Source: Scytonema sp. NUACC26 (GTDB lineage: Bacteria > Cyanobacteriota > Cyanobacteriia > Cyanobacteriales > Nostocaceae). From it: a stretch of DNA of 32,000 nt. Location of the stretch: contig NZ_BAACAP010000184.1 of the NCBI RefSeq assembly GCF_045865695.1, positions 10,563 through 42,562 on the forward strand. The letters run 5' to 3'. Every line of letters begins with the position of its first letter. The first letter of the stretch is position 1. The notes beneath the pieces were generated by a model. The model saw only the letters and a list, made by a program, of their open reading frames with translations, ran no database searches and was not told the DNA's origin. The translations under genes were made by a program, and so were the position numbers. Shown here piece after piece: positions 1 through 8,409 of this stretch.

Positions 1-792
1 AAGCAAAAATCAGAAGTTACCGATGAGCTTAATATAAATAGCCCCAATCAACCTTTGTTTGATAATAGCGATACAAAGAAAAATGTTTGGTCAGATGAAC
101 GCATTGAGATACTCCAGAAAGCGCTTCGTTTGTTTACTGACATGGGACAACTGCAAGAAGCTCTGAGCATTGCCAATTTACTTCTTGAGCGTCGTGAGTT
201 AAGCATTCCGTTGAGAACAGAAATAGAAGATTTCCTTAGAACCCATCAAGAGCCGTGGCGGCGGGACATAGATGACTACATTCATCGCCAGCAACCATTT
301 CAGTTATCTTATCAAGAGCCAACAGGTAACTTGTGTAAATTTACTGTACATCATGCCAAAGTAGTTCTTCATGAAGAACAACAGTATCTTGATTGTTGGT
401 GTGAAGAAACAGAAGGAAATCAGGATGTAGAGCAGTTGCGTCACAACTGGATCTTTCGCTTAGATCGCATTTTAGAAGCCAAAGTTAGCCCTATAGATGG
501 AAAATGGCTACCTGATTTAAATTCAATAACGGTTGAAATGCATCTCTTCGGACGTTTGGTGCATGGTTACAAATCAAAGAAAAATAACGATATCAGTAAT
601 CAATTGTTGAACGTTAATGGACAACAAGTAAGAAAAGTGCTGCGAGAAGTTTCTAGTACCTTCTGGTTCTTCCGAGAAGTAATACGCTATGCACCAGATT
701 GTGTAATTGTGGCACCAGATAGCGTGCGCGAGCGCTTTAAACAAAAACTTATAGCCCTTTGTCACTCATATAATTTGACGAGATCTGATTAA
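1..792 (+). CDS. WYL domain-containing putative regulator, 5' end outside the window
   Basis: Frame 1 is open from base 1, so the TTG at 55 is probably not the true start. A WYL-type core is present (PFQLSYQEP...QQYLDCWCEE...NWIFRLDRI), followed by a C-terminal extension. Confidence 0.6.
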   Translation, partial: KQKSEVTDELNINSPNQPLFDNSDTKKNVWSDERIEILQKALRLFTDMGQLQEALSIANLLLERRELSIPLRTEIEDFLRTHQEPWRRDIDDYIHRQQPFQLSYQEPTGNLCKFTVHHAKVVLHEEQQYLDCWCEETEGNQDVEQLRHNWIFRLDRILEAKVSPIDGKWLPDLNSITVEMHLFGRLVHGYKSKKNNDISNQLLNVNGQQVRKVLREVSSTFWFFREVIRYAPDCVIVAPDSVRERFKQKLIALCHSYNLTRSD

Positions 793-1074
793 TAATTTAC
801 TGAATTCTAGGTCAATCAAAGCTCTTATCAAAAACTCTGATTATCTCTACAGCAAGAAATTATTTTGCAGATCGAAACAAAATGGTATAAATTTATGGTT
901 TGGTTTTTGCGCTACAACAGACCACCCATTTCCTCCGGTTTTTTTTTCTTACTCCACCATTAGTTCAAAATTCGGCTTATAGCTTGTCGAAAACCCCTTG
1001 ACAACTGCCATACAAGCTTGACTTGTTACCAATGACACGACATCAGGATGTTCCTTCCCCATTACCTTTAATTT

Positions 1075-2472
1075 TTAAAATCTATCTTTTGTGAACCGTT
1101 GATAAAACTGAACACTAATAGCATAGCCTACCATAATACTTAAAATAACAGTTAGTAATGCACCCAACCATAAGCTAGTGACTGAGGGTTGATTTTTTCC
1201 TTTATCAAAATATAAAGATAATGTACTTGTCATTGGTTGGGAAATGATTTGACCAATAGCAATGGCTGCACCTAAACCTGTAAAAAGTTGTCCGAGTTTA
1301 GCTTGTCTATCTCGAATAGCATCTTCACTTATACTGACTTGGGTTTGAACGCTCAGCATTAGCTTCTCGTAGAGTTGGACTCCAGGACTGAGAAAACCAA
1401 TGTTGGCTTTCATCTGCTCTAGATAAAAAGCAATATCTTTCTCGAAGTCAGTAAAAAATACAGCAGCTTTGTGTCCGGTTTTTTGCTCGAGTTGTTCGAG
1501 ACATTCTCTATAGTTACTTTGATGAACTTCAACTAATCTGGCTTGGTCTTCAAGAAAGGAAAGGCGTTTGAAGTAATCAAGGGATTCTTGTGGAAGTTTG
1601 AGGAGAGAGAGTCTATCCCATTTTCGTTGAGCGTAATCGCTTGTGAGGTGTTCGATCGCTTCATATTGCTTGGCAAGTATCTTTTTTAAAATCTGGCTTT
1701 GGGAGTAGAAATAATGAATTTTATGATAGCTCAGCAGTAAGTTTTGTAATATGTTATAAACTGTATTGGCTTGATTCTCTACTTGCTCGTCTTTATAAAG
1801 AAAAACACAGGCTAGTTTTTTTGATTCGATGAAATCTTCACCTACCTGGTTGAGTGTGACTGTTTGGGGATAAATATAAAATGGACAATCTAAAAATTCA
1901 TTAACGATGAGTTCCTTGGTTGAAATAGTTTTGCTGTAGTAATGACTTAAACATTCTGCGGCTATTGCATCTGTTGATTGAGATTGAGATGTCAGAATCC
2001 CTGCTAAAATGACTGTTTGTCCGAGTTCAACATCAAGGTGGTTCAGGTGTTCGCCCAGATTGGCAAATAATTCAAGGGGTTGCTCTCCTTGTACTGAAGG
2101 AACATATCTGGTGAGACGGAGGAAGTAGGTATCATTGAACCGACGAGCAGCAAGACGACTGTGAATAATACCGCTTTCAAAGTACAGTCGGTCATTGTTA
2201 AGCTGGCGACATTCTGGTGGAACGTTGTCAAAGTCCAGAACAGTTCCATAATATTCTTTTTCAAGAGGAATTAATCGCACAATATCTTCGCCATTTCTTC
2301 CCGTACTGGTTATTAAGTGAGAAGCGATTTTCTTTAAATTCTCATTGAAGAATTTTCGCCGTTTTTGTACAACATCTGGGGACTCATTAATGCCATTCCG
2401 CAGCATATAATGATAGAGATGCAGCGTGGGAGATACAACTTTGACAGTGAGGCTATTTTGAGTTAGAGGCAT
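1075..2472 (-). CDS. Uncharacterised protein with a globular N-terminal half, a long coiled-coil and two C-terminal TM helices
   Basis: Long 465-aa ORF. It has heptad-like helical stretches (QSQILKKILAKQYEAIEHL..., LEQLEQKTG...). Two hydrophobic helices sit at the end (LFTGLGAAIAIGQII and LWLGALLTVILSIMVGYAI). It overlaps the upstream ORF by 20 nt, which suggests an operon. Confidence 0.7.
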   Translation of the reverse strand: MPLTQNSLTVKVVSPTLHLYHYMLRNGINESPDVVQKRRKFFNENLKKIASHLITSTGRNGEDIVRLIPLEKEYYGTVLDFDNVPPECRQLNNDRLYFESGIIHSRLAARRFNDTYFLRLTRYVPSVQGEQPLELFANLGEHLNHLDVELGQTVILAGILTSQSQSTDAIAAECLSHYYSKTISTKELIVNEFLDCPFYIYPQTVTLNQVGEDFIESKKLACVFLYKDEQVENQANTVYNILQNLLLSYHKIHYFYSQSQILKKILAKQYEAIEHLTSDYAQRKWDRLSLLKLPQESLDYFKRLSFLEDQARLVEVHQSNYRECLEQLEQKTGHKAAVFFTDFEKDIAFYLEQMKANIGFLSPGVQLYEKLMLSVQTQVSISEDAIRDRQAKLGQLFTGLGAAIAIGQIISQPMTSTLSLYFDKGKNQPSVTSLWLGALLTVILSIMVGYAISVQFYQRFTKDRF

Positions 2473-2728
2473 TTTTATTCCCTTGATGATTTTGACTTAG
2501 AACTTCCTTCGCCCAAAGTTCCAAATATTTCCCAATATCCCGTCCTTCATTTGTAAGAATTCTTTTTGTTTCAGCTTCATCATCTGCTTCCTCACCGGGA
2601 TCGCGGGATTTTTTGACAAATATATCAATGCCATCTTCATCAAGTCTGTCGTATATGTCACCCCACCATTCTTGTAAATTTTCATTTTCTGGTTGTTGAC
2701 AGAATGCGGCAATGTGATTTGCCATCAC
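2453..2728 (-). CDS. Small acidic protein, possibly the 3' part of a longer ORF interrupted by a 43-nt repeat
   Basis: 91-aa ORF with an acidic patch (DPGEEADDEAE). It overlaps the start of 1075..2472. The frame stays open 17 codons upstream of the ATG, up to the hairpin repeat at 2782..2824. Confidence 0.55.
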   Translation of the reverse strand: MMANHIAAFCQQPENENLQEWWGDIYDRLDEDGIDIFVKKSRDPGEEADDEAETKRILTNEGRDIGKYLELWAKEVLSQNHQGNKNASNSK

Positions 2729-2781
2729 AGCCGGATTTTGGAAATCTTCTTTTGGGAGTGTGGTTAAATAGTTAGCGATAA

Positions 2782-2824
2782 GCGAAGCTTAACGGCTGAA
2801 GCCGTATCGCAAACCGTGCTTCGC
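2782..2824. repeat. 43-nt palindromic dispersed-repeat unit (GCGAAGC...ACGGCTGAAGCCGT...GCTTCGC)
   Basis: Outer inverted repeat GCGAAGC/GCTTCGC and inner perfect hairpin ACGGCT-GA-AGCCGT. It is preceded by GCGATAAG. A related unit lies at 31221..31264. Confidence 0.55.
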
Positions 2825-2938
2825 TACCTAATTTCTTCTCGATTTCGGCGTCGGGTGAAGCGAGGATTTGCTTAAAAGCTTCACACATGAAAAAATCTGT
2901 GTCAAGGCGATCGCTGTAATTCATGTTTTAACAACCAG

Positions 2939-3277
2939 TTAATATAAATGCTGCCCAATAATAAGGATTGTCGAATGTTTATCGTGCAAACGTTTGAGCG
3001 CCCTCTGCAAACGAAACTGTTCTTTTGGTTCTAGTATACTCTCCCAGGTCTTTGCTCGTTCTCTAGGTTCAACAGCTGTGGAGCGTCGCAGCCAGTTTTG
3101 GACATTTTGCAAAGCAACGGCTTTATGAGCGATCGTTTCTAATTGCCTGTAGAACTCATCAAAGAGGAAGGCGGTGGCAATAGAATTGACTTTCCATTGA
3201 CTCCCAATGACTGCTTTTGCTCTAGCAAGCAGACTTTTATTAGTACATAAATACCAATTAAGACCGTTAGAACTCAA
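2939..3277 (-). pseudogene. C-terminal fragment of a CHAT-domain protein
   Basis: Contains the conserved CHAT C-terminal signature (SQWKVNSIATAFLFDEFYRQL ... ALQNVQNWLR). The His/Cys catalytic region is absent and the only start is a TTG. Confidence 0.55.
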
Positions 3278-3370
3278 ATACCAACAATGTCAGCAAATAT
3301 CCGTGAATTATTGGCGGGCAAAGTTCTAGAGGAAAGCAAACATCATTCTCTAGAAAAAAACTACCAGTAC

Positions 3371-4858
3371 TTAACGCTGTAACGATCTAATGATAATGTC
3401 AGTTCCCTTATCAGCAATCATCATGGTTGCTGCTGCCGTATTTGCGGTAATTGACAGCGGAAACACGGAAGAGTCAATGACACGCAGTCCAGATGTACCG
3501 CGCACCCTGAGTTCTGTGTCTACTACGGAATCCTCATCAGTCCCCATAGAGCAAGTCCCGCAATAGTGCTGTGTTGTACCGGCTGTTTCTCTGATGTAAC
3601 TCTCTAAATCTGCGCCCGTTTCAGGAGCAATTTGCTTTGACCGCCATTGGCTCAAACCGAGTTGATTGCCAATGTCGATGCCTAACTGAAGTGCCGTTTT
3701 ACACATCTGGAGATCTCCTGCTGCCGTCAGGTAGCCAGGATCGATCGCAGGAGCGTCATCAGGAGTGCTTGAGCGCAGGGTAACAGTTCCCCTACTCTTC
3801 AGGTGCATGATGTTTGGCCACAACCAAAAAGAACGTTCTGGACCAGGGAAACCTTTCAGTGTTCCAACGCCTACTGAGGATTCTATATCAATAACTGAAC
3901 TACTATTTTCTGTAGAACCGAAGATGACTGCTGGGGCTAGACCGTAGGAATAGAATGGCACATCTTTGTTTTGGGGAATAAAAAACCCGGCACTGACAAA
4001 AAGATCGTCGTATAAATTACGACCTACTTCTGGAACGTTTGCAACTACAGAAATATCAAATTTTGCTAATTCGTTTTCGTCACCGATACCTGAGAGCATC
4101 AAGATTTTTGGACTGGCGATCGCACCTGCACTTAGAATAATTTCATTTTGTATATAAGCAAGCTGTTGTTGACCATCTTTAACATATTCAACACCAATCG
4201 CTTTGGTACCCTTGAATAAGATTCTCTTTACAAAAGCGCGATCGTGGACGGTTACATTCTGATATCGTTCTGGCTGGAAAGTGCTGTATGTGGTTTCTCG
4301 AATCAGATTGGATGCTTTCGTTACATTAAATTGAAATAGAGCGTATCCATATTGACTTTCGCTGGTATTGTAGTTGGGATTATGAGGCAAGCCGTATTGT
4401 GCGGCGGCAGTAAACAAATCGTTGATGAACTCATCCGCTTCCCCTATCAACACTTTCATAATCTGCTCTACGTTCTCAAAGTGTGGCAAAACATCATTCC
4501 ATGACCAACCAGGTGCTACCTTGCCCCACGCATCAAAGTCAGAACGGCTACCCCGCACGTAGACCATAGCATTATGCAGCGCACACCCACCTAAAACTTT
4601 TGCTTGCGCTAGCTGAATGACGCGATTGTTTAAATTTGGTTGGGGTACCGATTGATAACCCCACTCAATTTCTGGACATTTCTGCAAAACTTCAAACCAG
4701 TCGCTTGGTGTCCACATCTTTTCGTTGTCTGGAGTTCCTCCAGCTTCGAGAAGGAGAATACTTACACCCTCATCAGAAGCAGCGAGTTTTGAGGTTACTA
4801 TGCTCCCAGCAGAACCCGCACCAATAACAATGTAGTCATAATGAGTGATTTTTGTCAT
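3371..4858 (-). CDS. GMC-family FAD-dependent oxidoreductase (choline dehydrogenase-like)
   Basis: N-terminal FAD fold motif YDYIVIGAGSAGSIV. The length (495 aa) fits the family. GMC signature regions are present (GGCALHNAMVYVRG, ILSAGAIASPKILMLSGIG) and the C-terminal end reads HYCGTCSMG. Confidence 0.9.
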   Translation of the reverse strand: MTKITHYDYIVIGAGSAGSIVTSKLAASDEGVSILLLEAGGTPDNEKMWTPSDWFEVLQKCPEIEWGYQSVPQPNLNNRVIQLAQAKVLGGCALHNAMVYVRGSRSDFDAWGKVAPGWSWNDVLPHFENVEQIMKVLIGEADEFINDLFTAAAQYGLPHNPNYNTSESQYGYALFQFNVTKASNLIRETTYSTFQPERYQNVTVHDRAFVKRILFKGTKAIGVEYVKDGQQQLAYIQNEIILSAGAIASPKILMLSGIGDENELAKFDISVVANVPEVGRNLYDDLFVSAGFFIPQNKDVPFYSYGLAPAVIFGSTENSSSVIDIESSVGVGTLKGFPGPERSFWLWPNIMHLKSRGTVTLRSSTPDDAPAIDPGYLTAAGDLQMCKTALQLGIDIGNQLGLSQWRSKQIAPETGADLESYIRETAGTTQHYCGTCSMGTDEDSVVDTELRVRGTSGLRVIDSSVFPLSITANTAAATMMIADKGTDIIIRSLQR

Positions 4859-5247
4859 TTTGCTCCCACTCTTGACTTAAAGTTTCAAGCAATGCTACCC
4901 CACTTATGGGAGATAGCCTAGTAGACTTAGGCACAAATTATCCTACCATTGACCCATTGTTGGGAAAACACCCAAGGTTGATGACGCCGGGAGCATCCAC
5001 GAGAAATTGATACTTTTGGCTGAACATTACAATTAATGGCTCTTTTGTAGAATTGCTGCATGAATCACGAGCCAGAACCATAAGCCAACTAGAAAATTTA
5101 CGGACTTTAAAAGTATTTTATTTGCACTGATATTCAAAAGAGTCGCAAAGATAGTCTGTATTCGCTGAACACGACCGTTGGGCTGCTTGAGTGCAACACT
5201 GCACTTTTCCTATACTTCTTTCGTACCTATCGTTCTTGATTTTCCCC

Positions 5248-6111
5248 ATGCACATTATTCTTGGTGGCAATGGTCATGTTGGTTCTGCTGTAGCACAGAC
5301 GCTGTTATCGCAAGGTGAGCCAGTAACCATTGTCTCGCGCAGTTCTGCGTCTATTCCTGAATGGCAGAAGCGCGGCGCTCAAGTTGAGGTTGTAGACGTG
5401 CATAATACCGTAGAACTACGCCGCGTGTTTGCTTTGGGTAAACGTCTTTTCCTGCTTAATCCACCTGCCGATCCGGCGACAGACACAGATATCGAAGAAA
5501 GAAAAAGCTTGGCATCCATTCTGGAAGCGATAAGAGACTCTGGCTTAGAGAAAATCGTTGCCGAATCGACTTATGGAGCGCAGCCCGGTTCTCAAATTGG
5601 CGATTTGGGAGTGCTTTACGAAATGGAGCAGCAACTCGCCGCCCAGTCCATACCTTTTAGTATCATCCGCGCTGCCTACTATATGAGCAATTGGGACTTC
5701 TCTCTACAATCCGCTAAACAGGATGGCGTAATCCATACCTTCTTTCCAACCGATTTTGCATTGCCGATGGTAGCCCCACGCGATATTGGTCAGTTGGCAG
5801 CGCGTTTGATGACAGAGCCAATAGAGAATACAGGGCTACACAACATCGAAGGCCCAGAAAGATATTCTTCGCTCAACGTTGCAGAAGCATTTGCCAAAGT
5901 TTTACTTAAACCAGTCAAGGTAGTGGAAACTCCGCGTGACCAGTGGATCGAGACAATGCGGAATATGGGATTTTCAAACTCGGCAGCAGCATCCTTCTCC
6001 AACATGACAACCCTTGCGATCGAAGGAGAGATGCCACCCCGTGATATTGTTACACGAGGAGTAGTTTCATTAGAGAGTTACATCGCAGAACTAGCGCATT
6101 CTGTTGTTTAA
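5248..6111 (+). CDS. NmrA-like / NAD(P)-binding Rossmann-fold oxidoreductase
   Basis: Rossmann motif directly after the ATG at 5248 (MHIILGGNGHVGSAV). The upstream 19 codons of the track ORF look like a spurious extension. Confidence 0.8.
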   Translation: MHIILGGNGHVGSAVAQTLLSQGEPVTIVSRSSASIPEWQKRGAQVEVVDVHNTVELRRVFALGKRLFLLNPPADPATDTDIEERKSLASILEAIRDSGLEKIVAESTYGAQPGSQIGDLGVLYEMEQQLAAQSIPFSIIRAAYYMSNWDFSLQSAKQDGVIHTFFPTDFALPMVAPRDIGQLAARLMTEPIENTGLHNIEGPERYSSLNVAEAFAKVLLKPVKVVETPRDQWIETMRNMGFSNSAAASFSNMTTLAIEGEMPPRDIVTRGVVSLESYIAELAHSVV

Positions 6112-6163
6112 CTCATCGCTCAAACTCAAGTGTTCAAGAGGAAATTGCAATGTATTGTGTGGA

Positions 6164-6210
6164 CGGTTTATTTTCGTCAGTTCGCTGCGCGAACTGACGA
6201 AAATAAACCG
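6164..6210. terminator. Perfect 22-bp-stem hairpin between convergent genes (possible bidirectional terminator)
   Basis: cggtttattttcgtcagttcgc - tgc - gcgaactgacgaaaataaaccg. It lies between the stop of 5248..6111 (+) and the stop of 6280..6657 (-). There is no clear U-tract. Confidence 0.4.
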
Positions 6211-6279
6211 CCATCATAGATTAATGGGGTAAGGGGCAGGTCTAGACGCTGCATTTGATCTGCGGCAGCCATGCGTGCG

Positions 6280-6657
6280 TCATGCACTTGGCACCACTTC
6301 GCGTGGCGCTAGGAAACCAAGGACAATTGCCACCAATATCAATGCTGGAACGTCGCCGAGGAGGTGTCCACGTTCCTCCGTGTCAATCAATGCGTGTACC
6401 GCCATGATTAGCCCGTGGACAGCACTCGACCAGACGGTGAACCAGATTAAACTCAGATGCGCTTCTGGTTTTCGAGAAGCCCATAGCAAAAAGACACCGA
6501 GCGTTGCATAAATACCAATCATCATCTGTTCGTATTCGTATTGACCTGGTTGCCATAACCAGCCCGATGACCAGATCTTCATCAACGGATAGATAAGGAG
6601 AAAAGCAATCCCAACAACAATAAGGGCAATTCGCAAGTACCTATGACGCTCATCCAT
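6280..6657 (-). CDS. Small integral membrane protein (about 4 TM helices)
   Basis: 125-aa ORF with four hydrophobic segments (IALIVVGIAFLLIY, MMIGIYATLGVFLLWA, LIWFTVWSSAVHGLIMAV, VPALILVAIVLGFL). Confidence 0.7.
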   Translation of the reverse strand: MDERHRYLRIALIVVGIAFLLIYPLMKIWSSGWLWQPGQYEYEQMMIGIYATLGVFLLWASRKPEAHLSLIWFTVWSSAVHGLIMAVHALIDTEERGHLLGDVPALILVAIVLGFLAPREVVPSA

Positions 6658-7050
6658 TGCTCTAACCTCCTACTATTTTTCCGAGTAGTATCTCTCAATA
6701 GAATGCATATTAAGAATGTTATTCCTCAGAGCGATACTTCAACTTTAGAGTGTTATAAATTTTCATGCTTCTCATGATTGAAAGCTGATTTAACACTTCT
6801 CTAAGTTCTACCAAAAACCTCAAAGCCCCGTTTTACTGATGGATAAGGCTTTTTTCAAGCAAGTAAATAATCAAGAGAACTGCTCAAGAGAAGTTCACCG
6901 CGCTCTTTAACAAATTTTCTTGGTACTTTAGAATTGTTAAAGTTGGTAAAACGGAAAAAAGTGAAAGAGCTATCTCCAGGCGCATGCTCCGGTAATCAAA
7001 TAATTGGACTTCTGCCGACTATGACCAAAGCGATAAGCGATCGATTACGG

Positions 7051-7165
7051 CTATACTGCTACGGAAATCTGCCACGCTTGAAGCTGCTGTTCTGGTTCTA
7101 ACTTCGTCAGGGGTCGAATTTGGTACTCACTGCTGGGTAGGATTTGTAAATCATCCTCCGTCGAT
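7051..7165 (-). pseudogene. 3' portion of a plasmid-type gene split by the recombinase element
   Basis: The minus-strand reading ...ILPSSEYQIRPLTKLEPEQQLQAWQISVAV* is the expected continuation of the 10938..11294 fragment. The N-terminal part of track ORF 7051..7335 is element-derived sequence. Confidence 0.5.
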
Positions 7166-7329
7166 GAATTTTGACAACGAATCGTTATATACACATTCAT
7201 AAAGAAGTAAAACAACAACAACAACGTTTTTGTAACAAAGCTTTTCAGTACGTTATGTAAATAGTTTGCATAGGTATCCCACAACGTATATAATGTAACT
7301 TCCATTTCAGTGTCAGAATTAACTAACCT

Positions 7330-8409
7330 ATGCAAGTAAAGAAGGGAATAACTCCAGAAGGAAAAGAAGTCTGGATAGTTCTAAACTCTGATTACTCTGT
7401 AATAATTCCAATCCATGATTATTTACGATACTTGGAGAATAAAAATTACTCGCCGAATACCATAAAAGCCTATGCAAGAAACCTTAAGCTTTACTGGGAA
7501 TTTTTACAAGAAATAGGAATTGATTGGACTAAGATAACAATTCTGAATTTATCGGAATTTATACATTGGTTAAAAACCACAAATTCCAAAGTTGTTAATT
7601 TGCCAAAACAAACGGCTTGCAGAACGGAGAGAACGATTAATCATATTCTGAAGACTGTGAGATTATTCTATGAGTTTCAAAGTCGATTGGGAGCAGTTGA
7701 TGAGCTGAATATTTACCAAACAAAAAGAATAGATAAATCTAAGCTGAAGTACAAATCGCTCTTACATCATACTCAATCTGGGATGATGAGGACAAATATT
7801 CTTAAATTAAAAGAGCCGAAAACTTTTCCAGGATGTTTGACGAAAGACCAAGTCTTTAAGCTGATTGATAGCTGTAGTAATCTCAGGGATAAGTTTTTAA
7901 TCTGCCTACTTTATGAAACTGGCATGAGAATAGGAGAGGCATTAGGGTTAAGACATGAAGATATTCGTTCCAAAGGAGTTAATGAGATTCATGTGGTTGA
8001 CAGAGATGATAATATTAATTGTGCTAGGGCGAAGACAGGAGACAGAGTGATTCACGTCTCTAAAGAGTTAATGCGGATGTATTCAACATATTTAGTAAAT
8101 GAGTATCCTGAAGTAGACAGCGACTACGTATTTGTTAATTGCTGGAAAAAACCATTGGGCGAGCCAATGTCAAAGTCTAATGTGGATAATTTATTCACAC
8201 GTTTAGCTTTGAAAACAGGAGTGAAAGCCCATCCCCATCTTTTGAGGCATACACATGCTACAGAACTAATTAGAGCGAATTGGGATATGGCTCACGTTCA
8301 GAAACGGTTAGGGCATTCTGATATTCAAACAACAGTTAATACTTATGTCCATCTCAATAATGAAGATTTAGCTCAGAAATATCAAGAATACTTGGAAAAT
8401 CAAAAATAA
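7330..8409 (+). CDS. Tyrosine recombinase (TnpA-like, 359 aa)
   Basis: Catalytic-domain motifs are present: TGMRIGEALGLRHEDI (Arg I) and HLLRHTHATELIRANWDMAHVQKRLGHSDIQTTVNTYVHL (H-R-H-Y region). Its size is close to Tn554 TnpA (361 aa). Confidence 0.85.
   Translation: MQVKKGITPEGKEVWIVLNSDYSVIIPIHDYLRYLENKNYSPNTIKAYARNLKLYWEFLQEIGIDWTKITILNLSEFIHWLKTTNSKVVNLPKQTACRTERTINHILKTVRLFYEFQSRLGAVDELNIYQTKRIDKSKLKYKSLLHHTQSGMMRTNILKLKEPKTFPGCLTKDQVFKLIDSCSNLRDKFLICLLYETGMRIGEALGLRHEDIRSKGVNEIHVVDRDDNINCARAKTGDRVIHVSKELMRMYSTYLVNEYPEVDSDYVFVNCWKKPLGEPMSKSNVDNLFTRLALKTGVKAHPHLLRHTHATELIRANWDMAHVQKRLGHSDIQTTVNTYVHLNNEDLAQKYQEYLENQK

Noticed and set aside
1075-2472. CorA magnesium channel.
   Set aside because: The topology is similar, but the GMN signature at the end of the first TM helix is absent and the N-terminal half is much larger.
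2043-2712. Nested ORFs 2043..2264 and 2497..2712. The same applies to 574..765, 3765..3947, 3966..4157, 4636..4827, 5790..6005, 6275..6511, 10851..11087, 10925..11140, 11397..11693, 11823..12227, 12098..12292, 12441..12632, 16512..16721, 16916..17146, 17186..17458, 17983..18168, 18353..18577 and 18721..18957.
   Set aside because: They are alternative-frame or antisense ORFs inside, or overlapping, better-supported genes or pseudogenes. None carries recognisable motifs.
7051-7335. 94-aa minus-strand ORF listed in the track, considered as a real gene.
   Set aside because: It is a chimera. The N-terminal two thirds are AT-rich element-end sequence. Only the last ~35 codons look like coding sequence, and they are the continuation of the interrupted gene.
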